Notes under the pieces: generated by a model | Database searches by the model: none | Told to the model about the DNA's origin: nothing | What the model saw: the letters and a program-made list of their open reading frames with translations, nothing else | Shown: positions 18,655-26,144 of the stretch, piece by piece | Layout of the letters: every line of letters begins with the position of its first letter | Numbering within the stretch: the stretch's first letter is position 1 | Assembly: GCA_048941265.1 (NCBI GenBank) | Contig: JBHLNT010000049.1 | Coordinates: forward strand, 1 to 26,144 | Direction: 5' to 3' | Length of the DNA stretch: 26,144 nt | Origin: Promethearchaeota archaeon | GTDB taxonomy: Archaea > Asgardarchaeota > Lokiarchaeia > Sigyniarchaeales > SOKP01 | Position numbers and translations under genes: made by a program

Positions 18655-19059
18655 ATGATTGTTGCAATAAGTACAGATTCAAGGGAAGTCTGTCCTCATT
18701 TTGGAAGGGCACCAGAATTTACATTTGTAGAGTTTGAGGATAATAATGTGGTGGATAAAAAGGTTCTTCCTAATCCGGGACATACCGTGGGGAGTATACC
18801 TAAATTCATCAGTGAACAAGGAGCATCCTGCATTATTACAGGAGGAATGGGACATCGCGCTATAGGGTTTTTTCAGCAATACGGTATAGACGTAATTATG
18901 GGCATAACTGGAACGATTGATGAAGTTATTAAGAAAATCATTGATGGGACATTGGAAGGAGGAGAAAGTCTATGTGCTCCCGGACAAGGTAAAGGATTTG
19001 GAGTTGAAAAGATTCATACTGACGCTGATGATGATCATGACCATCATCATCACTTTTAG
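18655..19059 (+). CDS. NifB/NifX family protein with His/Asp-rich tail
   Basis: CPHFGRAPEF, NPGH, GGMG and GGESLC; tail HTDADDDHDHHHHF. Confidence 0.88.
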   Translation: MIVAISTDSREVCPHFGRAPEFTFVEFEDNNVVDKKVLPNPGHTVGSIPKFISEQGASCIITGGMGHRAIGFFQQYGIDVIMGITGTIDEVIKKIIDGTLEGGESLCAPGQGKGFGVEKIHTDADDDHDHHHHF

Positions 19060-19135
19060 ATTTTTTTACAGTGTGAATTTCACAACTAAATCTGGATGCC
19101 ACACTTAAAAGAAAGGAATTTATTAAAATAAGGGC

Positions 19136-20035
19136 TTATTTTCCCTTTTTTATGTACGTGATGATTTGATCGAAGTCACTCAAGCTAAAGGGTTTTAATA
19201 TGTATCCTGTTGCTCCTAGATCTTCTGCCATTTTTTTTACTTTATACTCGGGTATTGCGGTAATGAAGTATACTGGAATTTTGTTATACTCTTTATCTGA
19301 ATTAAGGTCTCTCATTATATCATCCCCACTCATACCTGGTAATAAAATATCAAGAAGTATCAATTTTGGGATATTTATCCTCAACTCACTAAATACACTA
19401 GAGCCCTCAACTATTCCTTTACATGAAATTCCTTTAGTATGAAAATAATTGATCAGAACCTTGCGCGTTTCATAATCATCCTCTACAAAGAAAATATCAT
19501 ATTGTGTACTTTCTGTTTCAATAAATTTAGGTTGTTCGATTTTGGGGCTATCTAAATAATCAATGATCTTATTTTCAAGGTTTTGGTAATACTCCAAAAT
19601 AGTATCAATAATCTGAATAATATTATCATCAAATTTATCGCTATGAACCTCTTTTAAAATCTGTAAGTTAACTTTAATCAAAGTTAACGGTTCTTTTAAT
19701 TCAAAAGAAAGAGCTGAAAGGATATCAAAATCCTCTTTCTGTTCAATTTTAAGTTTTGGATAAAGTTTAATAAAACAATCCAGAGCTTCTCTAACTAAGG
19801 CCGAGATTGTCTTAAATTTAGTGTTTTTGGCAAATTTTTCCCATTGTTCTTTAACTCCTTCAGGAATATATAAAGATACTCTCTCTTGGTTTGTGTAATA
19901 CAATTTTTCACCTTTCTGCCACTTTTTAAAACTCTCAGTCAATTTACCGCGCCAATACGCATCTTTCCCTGTTTCTTCTTTATATTTTTTTCTAATTTCT
20001 TCTGATATCTTTGTCTTATCTGAAATACTTCTCAC
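19136..20035 (-). CDS. Response regulator: N-terminal small domain, ribbon-helix-helix, degenerate HisKA and receiver
   Basis: Receiver motifs VEDD, LLDILLPGMSG, ITA and KPF. RVSLYI..WEKFA..TISALVREAL is RHH-like. SFELKEPLT is a pseudo H-box. GTG start. Confidence 0.8.
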   Translation of the reverse strand: MRSISDKTKISEEIRKKYKEETGKDAYWRGKLTESFKKWQKGEKLYYTNQERVSLYIPEGVKEQWEKFAKNTKFKTISALVREALDCFIKLYPKLKIEQKEDFDILSALSFELKEPLTLIKVNLQILKEVHSDKFDDNIIQIIDTILEYYQNLENKIIDYLDSPKIEQPKFIETESTQYDIFFVEDDYETRKVLINYFHTKGISCKGIVEGSSVFSELRINIPKLILLDILLPGMSGDDIMRDLNSDKEYNKIPVYFITAIPEYKVKKMAEDLGATGYILKPFSLSDFDQIITYIKKGK

Positions 20036-20116
20036 CCATAATAAATATAAATTTTTTTATACAAAATAATTCAATATTACATATATTTAAGTTTTTTTAT
20101 GTTTAATTATACCTTT

Positions 20117-20197
20117 AAAAAATGGGGGTTTGAATCCCCCCAAAGGTGAAAGAAAGGTGATAAGATGATTTTTCATCTGTGTAAAATCATGATATTA
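20117..20197 (-). ncRNA. Candidate small RNA (hairpin, two TCACCTTT motifs, GC hairpin and U-tract)
   Basis: The minus strand reads TTTATATA box (20229-20222), ATGATTTT/AAAATCAT stem, ATCACCTTTCTTTCACCTTT, GGGGG-ATTCAAA-CCCCC, ATTTTTT. Ends are estimated. Confidence 0.45.
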
Positions 20198-20486
20198 TGT
20201 GCACAATTATGGCTTTATGCATATATAAAGATAATTTTTATATTTAAATGTTTACATTTTTTTCCTTCGAATTTACATTTTCTTAAATTTTATAACAATA
20301 ACACAGATTATTTGTAAAAAAAATATATTTAAATACAAATTATATTATTACTGATTTATGTGTGATTTATCAACTTTATGCACATATTAAACAAAAAAAT
20401 AATTATAAAATTTTTATAAATCAACATTTAAGAAAAAAGAAGTTGATTATAAGTGCCAGAATTTGAAATAATTAAAACTAAAAAAA

Positions 20487-21335
20487 ATGGTGATAAAAAT
20501 AATCTTTCAAGATAATGAACTTTGGAACAGCACAGGGTATCATAATAGCTTAAATTTTTTATTATTAAGTTTATGTATGCTCTTCTTTGCGTTATATTTT
20601 TATTTTCGTTTTAAAAGAGATATTCGGCAGCTACATTATAAAGTTGCTTTTCTAATGAGTGCAGCTTTGGTGTTTATTGCGTTTATTGCCGTCCTTCATG
20701 CTGGAACGTTTAACAATTCATGGATATCGGCAATAATATTATATTCTATAGGGATAACTGTAGTAATTTTATTAATAGAATATACATGCAAGATTATAGT
20801 TAAAACTAACTCTAATTTGGAGAATGTAATAATGAAATCAACAGAAAGTTCTATTAATGTTTCCAATATCGCCACAGAATTAGCGGCAAGTGCCAGTGAA
20901 GTAAACGCCTCATCCGAAGAAATTGCCTCAACAGTTTCAGTGATTTCTCGGGATACTCAAGAAGTAATGGCGTCCACGGACGATTTGCGTAATATAATGA
21001 AATTAATCACAGATATTTCTGAACAAACTAATCTACTCGCATTGAATGCCAGCATCGAAGCAGGAAGGGCCGGAGAACATGGTAGAGGCTTTGCAGTCGT
21101 GGCAGATGAGGTTCGAAAGTTGGCTGAAGAATCAAAAAATGCTATCTTGAGTACAGGTCAGAAGATAGATAGAATTATTAATAAGATTCAAGGAGCGACA
21201 GCGTCAATGGAAGGAATTAGTGCATCTACGGAAGAGCAAACGGCTTCTATGGAAGAAATTTCTGCTACTGCAAATAGATTAGGAACCCTCTCTGAAGATT
21301 TAAAAAATTCATTAATTATGAAAGATGAAAAATAA
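20487..21335 (+). CDS. Short methyl-accepting chemotaxis-like protein (about 3 TM helices and a compact signalling domain)
   Basis: [38 protein letters not shown] hairpin tip; three hydrophobic N-terminal segments. Confidence 0.9.
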   Translation: MVIKIIFQDNELWNSTGYHNSLNFLLLSLCMLFFALYFYFRFKRDIRQLHYKVAFLMSAALVFIAFIAVLHAGTFNNSWISAIILYSIGITVVILLIEYTCKIIVKTNSNLENVIMKSTESSINVSNIATELAASASEVNASSEEIASTVSVISRDTQEVMASTDDLRNIMKLITDISEQTNLLALNASIEAGRAGEHGRGFAVVADEVRKLAEESKNAILSTGQKIDRIINKIQGATASMEGISASTEEQTASMEEISATANRLGTLSEDLKNSLIMKDEK

Positions 21336-21358
21336 TTTATTGACTTCTATAGGTTTTT

Positions 21359-21472
21359 TTTCTAAATTTTATTTTTAAATTTTAGTAATTAAAGCGAACT
21401 AACTGGACATGTTTTCTGTCATATATTAAGTTAGTGTCTTTGATGTAAACTAAATTTAAAATAATATAGAAA
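21359..21472 (+). other. Long imperfect hairpin / MITE-like element
   Basis: Nested pairs TTTCTA/TAGAAA, TTATTTT/AAAATAA, AATTT..AGT/ACT.AAATT, ATTAAAG/CTTTGAT, ACTAACT/AGTTAGT and GACA/TGTC. Confidence 0.55.
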
Positions 21473-21678
21473 TTTATTCATAGGTTTTTAGGTTTTTTTA
21501 ATGAGATCTGTTAATTTCTTTATATAAAAAAGTAGAATCTTAAAATTGTAAAAATTAATTTATACGAGATACTGTAAAGAAATTTATATTATAATTTATA
21601 ATTTAAATAGTAATCTTACTATAAATTTTGTATTACAAAATTATACAAGAAATTTTTTGCTTTTAAGGGGATAATATA

Positions 21679-24600
21679 ATGGAAGATTCCAAAGTCGAAT
21701 CAAATTTTCGAGTTTTTACTGAATCTGTAGATGTAGCAATATTCTTATATCAGAATTATAATTGTATCTATGCGAATCCTGCAGCAGAAAAATTAACAGA
21801 ATATAATAATGTTGAACTTCGCGTTTTAAAATTCTGGGACTTTGTTCACCCTGATTTTAGGAATTTAATTATTGAAAGTGGAGAAGCTTTAGAAAGGGGT
21901 GAAGAGATTGAAACAAAACATGTTTTGAAAATTATAGCAAAGAATGGAACGGAAAGATGGATAAATGGGAATTTTGTATTAATTGAATATAAAGGGAAAA
22001 GAGCCGCCTTAATATCAGCAGTGGATATCACTAAACAAAAAATTGCTGAAGAAAAGTTAAAACAATCCGAAGAAAAGTATCGGACATTAGTAGAAAATTC
22101 CTACCAAGGAATTGTAATTATTCAGGATATGAAAATTGTCTTTGCGAATCTTACTTTTGCTGAGTTTTTTGGCTATTCCATTAAGGAAATACTCTCTTTC
22201 TCAGTAGAAGAAACTACTAAACTAATACATCCTGAGGATAGGTACTATGTTTTAAATCGCCATAAAGAACTCATGGAAGGAAAACCTGTAACAAATCGAT
22301 ATGAATGTCGAATAATTCAGAAGGATAAAAAAATCAGGATCGTCGAGGTTTATGCTTCTCTTATACAATATAGAGGAAGACCTGCATCCCATCATGCTTT
22401 TATGGATATTACGGAGAGGAGAGAAGCTGAGAAAGAATTAAAAAAAGAAAAAAATCTCTATAGGGATACAATTAATGGATTGCCTGGGGTTTTTTATTTA
22501 TTTAATCAACAGGGGGAATATAAGATATGGAATAAAAATTTTGAGAGAATTTCAGGTTATACATCCAAAGAATTTAGGGAATTAAGGCCAACTGATTTTT
22601 TTGATGAGCCTGAGAAACAAAAAATTTCAGATAAAATTAAAGAAGTAATATCTGTTGGAAAAGGTGATATTGAGGCAAATCTCATATCTAAAAATAAAAC
22701 TTCGACACCATACTATTGGTATGGAAAGAAAATAATGATAGATGATGAATTACACATCGTAGGACTAGGAGTCGATATTAATGAACTCAAAAAAACAGAA
22801 CAAAAACTAATAGAACGAGAGCATGAACTTAAAAATTTAGAACATATTATTAATCATAGTCCAGCAGTAGTATTTCTTTGGCGTAATGCTGAAGGGTGGC
22901 CTGTAGACTTCGTGAGTGAGAATGTTAGACAATTTGGATATGAGCCAGAAGATTTTTATTCTGGAAAAACATCCTATACTGATATTATTCACTCTGATGA
23001 TTTAGAGCGAGTTATGAAAGAAGTTTCTAAATATAGTGAAGAAAAACAACGAAAAGAATTTGTTCAAGAATATCGAATCTTAGCAAAATCAGGTAAAATA
23101 AGGTGGATAGATGATCGAACTTGGATTAGAAGGAATTCTTTTGGTGAAATAACTCATTATCAAGGGATTATTTTGGATATAACTGAGAGAAAACATGCAA
23201 AGGAGTCATTAGAAAGAGAGAGAAAAATACTTAATAATTTTATTGATTTAAATCCATATGCTATTTCTATAATCGACACTAATGGACATAATATTAGAAG
23301 AAATAAAGCATTTATAGATTATTTTAAAATTATCCCTCCTGATGACTATTCTCTCTTCAATGACCCTATAATTAACAAGGCAGGATATTATAATGAATTA
23401 TTAAGAGCTAAAAATGGAGAAATAGTGAAATTACCTGAAGTATGGTATAACTTACACTCTTTTTCTCCAGAATATCCTAATATAGATAAATGTTTTCGAT
23501 TAACGATTTTCCCGATCTTAGATCAAAGAGGTAATATTCAAATTTTTGGAGCTATGGGAGAGGATGTAACTGAACAAAAATTAGCTGAAAAAAAATTGAA
23601 AGAGTCTGAGGAACGCTTTAGAATCATTTTGGAAAAAGCAGTTCCCATGATGGCAATTACCGACCTTGAAGGAACTATATTAATGGTAAATGATTTAACC
23701 GCAAAAATGACGGGCTATTCGAAAAAAGAGTTACTTCAAATGAATATTACTGAAATCGCTCTTGAAATTATCCCGATGAAGCATAGAGAATTGTATTGGG
23801 AGAAACTTGCGATTGGAGAACATGTTGAAACAATGGGAACACATAAAAGAAAAGATGGAAGTACTTATCCCATAGAAGTTACTTTGGTCAAACTAAAATT
23901 TAAAGATAAACCCGTAATTGCCGCTTTTGGGAAGGATATTTCCAAACGTAGAGAGGCAGAGCAAGAATTAAAAGGATCTGAAGCGATGTATCGTATGATT
24001 TCTGAGAATGCAAATGATATAATTTCACTTGTAAGTAATGAAGCAAAATTTATTTATTGTAATGAAGCTTTTGAAAGAATTTTAGGTTATACTCCCGAAG
24101 AATTAATCGGCACTTTGATGTTTAAACTTGCTCATCCGGAAGACCTAAATAATGTTTTTCAGGATTTTAAAAATTTAATCAAAACAGGAACGACAAAGAA
24201 CATCGCAAGGATTAGATGTAAAGATGGAAACTATAAATGGCTTGAATCAATTGGAAAAGGATTGTTTGAAAAAAATAAGAGCTTTACAAAACTAGTAATT
24301 ATAGCTAGAGATATTACAGATCGTATAAGAGCAGAACAGGAATTAAAAGAATCGGAAGAAAAATTTAGAACTATAACTGAGCAATCTTTTATGGGTATAT
24401 GTATAGTTCAAGATAATAAAATCAAATATATAAATAAAAAATATGCAGATATTTGGGGATATAGCATTGAGGAGATGATGAATTGGGAAGTTAAAGATGC
24501 TGCTAATGCGCTCTATCCTGATGATAGGGTTTTTATTTTAGAACAGATAAAAAAAAAACAGAGAGGGGAACAAAACATAGATAATAATTATCAGTATCGG

Positions 24601-25455
24601 GGATTTAAAAAATCTGGAGAAATAATATGGCTCGAGAATTATTCAAAATCAATACTATTTAATGGAAGACCCGCAGATTTCATCACTTTGATAGATATTA
24701 CAAAGCGTAAAGAGGCAGAAGAACTCATTTATGAAGAAGTAAAAAAATTAAAGGAACTTGATGAGATGAGAGAGGATATAATTACTCGAGTCTCACATGA
24801 GTTGAAAACCCCATTGACATCCACCTATATGGCATCGGAAATTCTTTTAGAACAATATAAGAATAAATTTGATCAGGACATTCATACTCTGATTCAAACT
24901 ATTCATAAAGGTTGTTTTAGATTAAAATCGTTAATTGAAAATTTATTAGACGTATCAAGTTTAAGTGTCCAGAAGTTAAAATTAAATATAAACAAAGAAA
25001 ATCTCATCGAAATAATCAATGAATGCGTTGATGAAATGGTTTTTTTAATAAGTAATCGTCAACTCTCTTTAAAACTTAATATGCCTGATATAATTTATCA
25101 TAAAGTTGATAAATTACGTATTGAACAAGTTTTAAATAATATTTTATCAAATGCCATAAAGAATACACCAACAAAAGGAAAAATATTTATAAGCACAAAT
25201 GATAATCCCCAATATGTCGAAATCCAGATAAGCGATACGGGAGTAGGTATAACTGAGGAAGAAAAAGAAAAGTTATTTGAAAAATTTGGGAAAGTAGAGC
25301 GGTATGGTAAGGGATTAGATGTAGATATTGAAGGTTCAGGTCTCGGTTTATTTATCTCAAAACATATTGTTGATCTTCACAATGGTGAAATTTTGGTGGA
25401 ATCTGAGGGGAGAAATAAGGGAGCTACGTTTACCATAAGATTGAACAAAAGATAA
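21679..25455 (+). CDS. Cytoplasmic sensor histidine kinase with eight PAS/PAC domains
   Basis: Eight DIT-type PAC/linker ends (DITKQK, DITERR, DINELK, DITERK, DVTEQK, DISKRR, DITDRI, DITKRK). H-box SHELKTPLT, N-box NILSNAIK, DTGVG and GSGLGL. No TM segment seen. Confidence 0.93.
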   Translation: MEDSKVESNFRVFTESVDVAIFLYQNYNCIYANPAAEKLTEYNNVELRVLKFWDFVHPDFRNLIIESGEALERGEEIETKHVLKIIAKNGTERWINGNFVLIEYKGKRAALISAVDITKQKIAEEKLKQSEEKYRTLVENSYQGIVIIQDMKIVFANLTFAEFFGYSIKEILSFSVEETTKLIHPEDRYYVLNRHKELMEGKPVTNRYECRIIQKDKKIRIVEVYASLIQYRGRPASHHAFMDITERREAEKELKKEKNLYRDTINGLPGVFYLFNQQGEYKIWNKNFERISGYTSKEFRELRPTDFFDEPEKQKISDKIKEVISVGKGDIEANLISKNKTSTPYYWYGKKIMIDDELHIVGLGVDINELKKTEQKLIEREHELKNLEHIINHSPAVVFLWRNAEGWPVDFVSENVRQFGYEPEDFYSGKTSYTDIIHSDDLERVMKEVSKYSEEKQRKEFVQEYRILAKSGKIRWIDDRTWIRRNSFGEITHYQGIILDITERKHAKESLERERKILNNFIDLNPYAISIIDTNGHNIRRNKAFIDYFKIIPPDDYSLFNDPIINKAGYYNELLRAKNGEIVKLPEVWYNLHSFSPEYPNIDKCFRLTIFPILDQRGNIQIFGAMGEDVTEQKLAEKKLKESEERFRIILEKAVPMMAITDLEGTILMVNDLTAKMTGYSKKELLQMNITEIALEIIPMKHRELYWEKLAIGEHVETMGTHKRKDGSTYPIEVTLVKLKFKDKPVIAAFGKDISKRREAEQELKGSEAMYRMISENANDIISLVSNEAKFIYCNEAFERILGYTPEELIGTLMFKLAHPEDLNNVFQDFKNLIKTGTTKNIARIRCKDGNYKWLESIGKGLFEKNKSFTKLVIIARDITDRIRAEQELKESEEKFRTITEQSFMGICIVQDNKIKYINKKYADIWGYSIEEMMNWEVKDAANALYPDDRVFILEQIKKKQRGEQNIDNNYQYRGFKKSGEIIWLENYSKSILFNGRPADFITLIDITKRKEAEELIYEEVKKLKELDEMREDIITRVSHELKTPLTSTYMASEILLEQYKNKFDQDIHTLIQTIHKGCFRLKSLIENLLDVSSLSVQKLKLNINKENLIEIINECVDEMVFLISNRQLSLKLNMPDIIYHKVDKLRIEQVLNNILSNAIKNTPTKGKIFISTNDNPQYVEIQISDTGVGITEEEKEKLFEKFGKVERYGKGLDVDIEGSGLGLFISKHIVDLHNGEILVESEGRNKGATFTIRLNKR

Positions 25456-25466
25456 GAAATGAAAAT

Positions 25467-25584
25467 AAAAAAATTAAATACAAATTAATTAAGATATATC
25501 TTTAGTTTTCTTCATAATTGATTAATCCTGTGCAAACAGGAAAACGTGAAGAAGCATCTTATTTAGGTGTATTGAGATTTTTTT
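25467..25584 (+). other. Structured intergenic element with GNRA-capped hairpin
   Basis: TCCTGT-GCAA-ACAGGA (25526-25541) nested inside TTCTTCAT/GTGAAGAA, TAAGAT/ATCTTA and AATACA/TGTATT. Confidence 0.55.
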
Positions 25585-25683
25585 CTGCAACTGATTAACA
25601 ATTTTAAAATATAATTAATAACAAATTTAATCTATCTATATTTTATTCAAAAAAATCTAAAAAAAGGTTGAGTGAAAAATAAA

Positions 25684-26144
25684 TTGAGAAGAGTAGCGAT
25701 AATAGGTATAGGAATTACACCTTTTAGAGCAAGATATTTGGATAAGACCTATTTTGAGCTGGCGTATGACGCAACTAAACTCGCATTGGGCGATGCTAAT
25801 AAAAACGGAGCAGAAATTGCGCATAAAGACTTAGAATCCGCGGTATACGGAATATATAATGAGCTGTTTGAGCGGCAATTCATGCCGGATATTTTTACAA
25901 ATAGTTATCTTGGATTGAATAATAAGCCAGGTACAAGAGTAGCTACAGGAGGGGCAACAGGGGGTTATACAGTCAGAATGGCGTACGCTGAAGTTGCTTC
26001 TGGTTTGTCTGATTTATGTCTTTGTATTGGTTTGGAAAAATGTAACGATTGTTATGATGAACAAACAGGAACTACCACCCCAGAAGTGCTTAATGCCATA
26101 GCTTATTCTGCAGATATGACATATGAGTATCCTATGGGAATGAT
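25684..26144 (+). CDS. Thiolase-like protein (SCP2/Ltp type), 3'-truncated by the window edge
   Basis: Not in the ORF track. Reads MRRVAIIGIGITPF...FELAYDA...LGLNNKPGTRVATGGATGG...VASGLSDLCLCIGLEK from a TTG start (in-frame GTG at 25672 is an alternative) and stays open to the end. Confidence 0.88.
   Translation, partial: MRRVAIIGIGITPFRARYLDKTYFELAYDATKLALGDANKNGAEIAHKDLESAVYGIYNELFERQFMPDIFTNSYLGLNNKPGTRVATGGATGGYTVRMAYAEVASGLSDLCLCIGLEKCNDCYDEQTGTTTPEVLNAIAYSADMTYEYPMGM

Noticed and set aside
17619-19059. Nitrogen fixation, suggested by the NifB/NifX and NifU names
   Set aside because: No nifH/D/K/E/N is present, and these families are widespread in non-diazotrophic anaerobes.
19070-19105. 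Small palindrome TGTGAATTTCACA and AGTGTG/CACACT between convergent genes
   Set aside because: Short, single-copy and compatible with chance or a simple terminator.
20197-20390. CTTTATGCATAT / CTTTATGCACAT repeat and TGTGCACA palindrome upstream of the MCP and regulator
   Set aside because: They could be RHH-regulator sites, but two short copies in AT-rich DNA are too weak to call.
672-22031. Short antisense or overlapping ORFs in the track (e.g. 7402-7791, 9952-10215, 11214-11537, 14114-14434, 14533-14832)
   Set aside because: They are shadows of well-supported genes on the opposite strand and carry no motifs of their own.
1-25455. Possible selenocysteine recoding or SECIS; none of the 22 stop codons of called genes is TGA (18 TAA, 4 TAG)
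   Set aside because: No gene appears interrupted by an in-frame TGA, the redox motifs are all Cys, the hairpins lack an AUGA/GA core, and TAA bias is expected at low GC.
25518-25545. TTGATTAATCC...GGAAAAC resembles the hammerhead core CTGATGAGTCC...GGACGAAAC
   Set aside because: Several invariant core bases differ and there is no stem I or cleavage triplet.

Overview
AT-rich, gene-dense archaeal window. The archaeal-type CdhA, GGTGA/GGAG ribosome-binding sites, TATA-like promoters and a multi-PAS kinase suggest an Asgard (Lokiarchaeia-like) host, which is an inference. Left part (1-7.0 kb): 5'-truncated phytoene-dehydrogenase-family oxidoreductase, an orphan N6-adenine methyltransferase fused to one specificity domain, acyl-CoA ligase, ferredoxin and a FabK/nitronate-monooxygenase-family flavoenzyme. 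Centre (7.4-19.1 kb): a stand-alone CO dehydrogenase alpha subunit (cdhA) next to a 13-gene metal/Fe-S cluster resembling the Desulfovibrio Orange-protein (ORP) locus. That cluster holds DUF5320, DtxR, radical SAM, CDF-NifX fusion, IscU, Mrp, OsmC, DUF134, two ferredoxin-MinD ATPases and three NifX-family proteins. A 16-bp palindrome, ATGAATAATyATTCAy, marks all three divergent promoter regions and ties cdhA to the cluster as one probable regulon. Right part: an RHH/pseudo-HisKA/receiver protein, a candidate anti-Shine-Dalgarno small RNA, a minimal chemoreceptor, an 8-PAS histidine kinase and a 3'-truncated thiolase-like gene lacking the nucleophilic Cys. Not shown in the ORF track are an MCP C-terminal gene relic just behind cdhA and three long imperfect hairpins, each about 10-25 nt after a signalling-gene stop codon.
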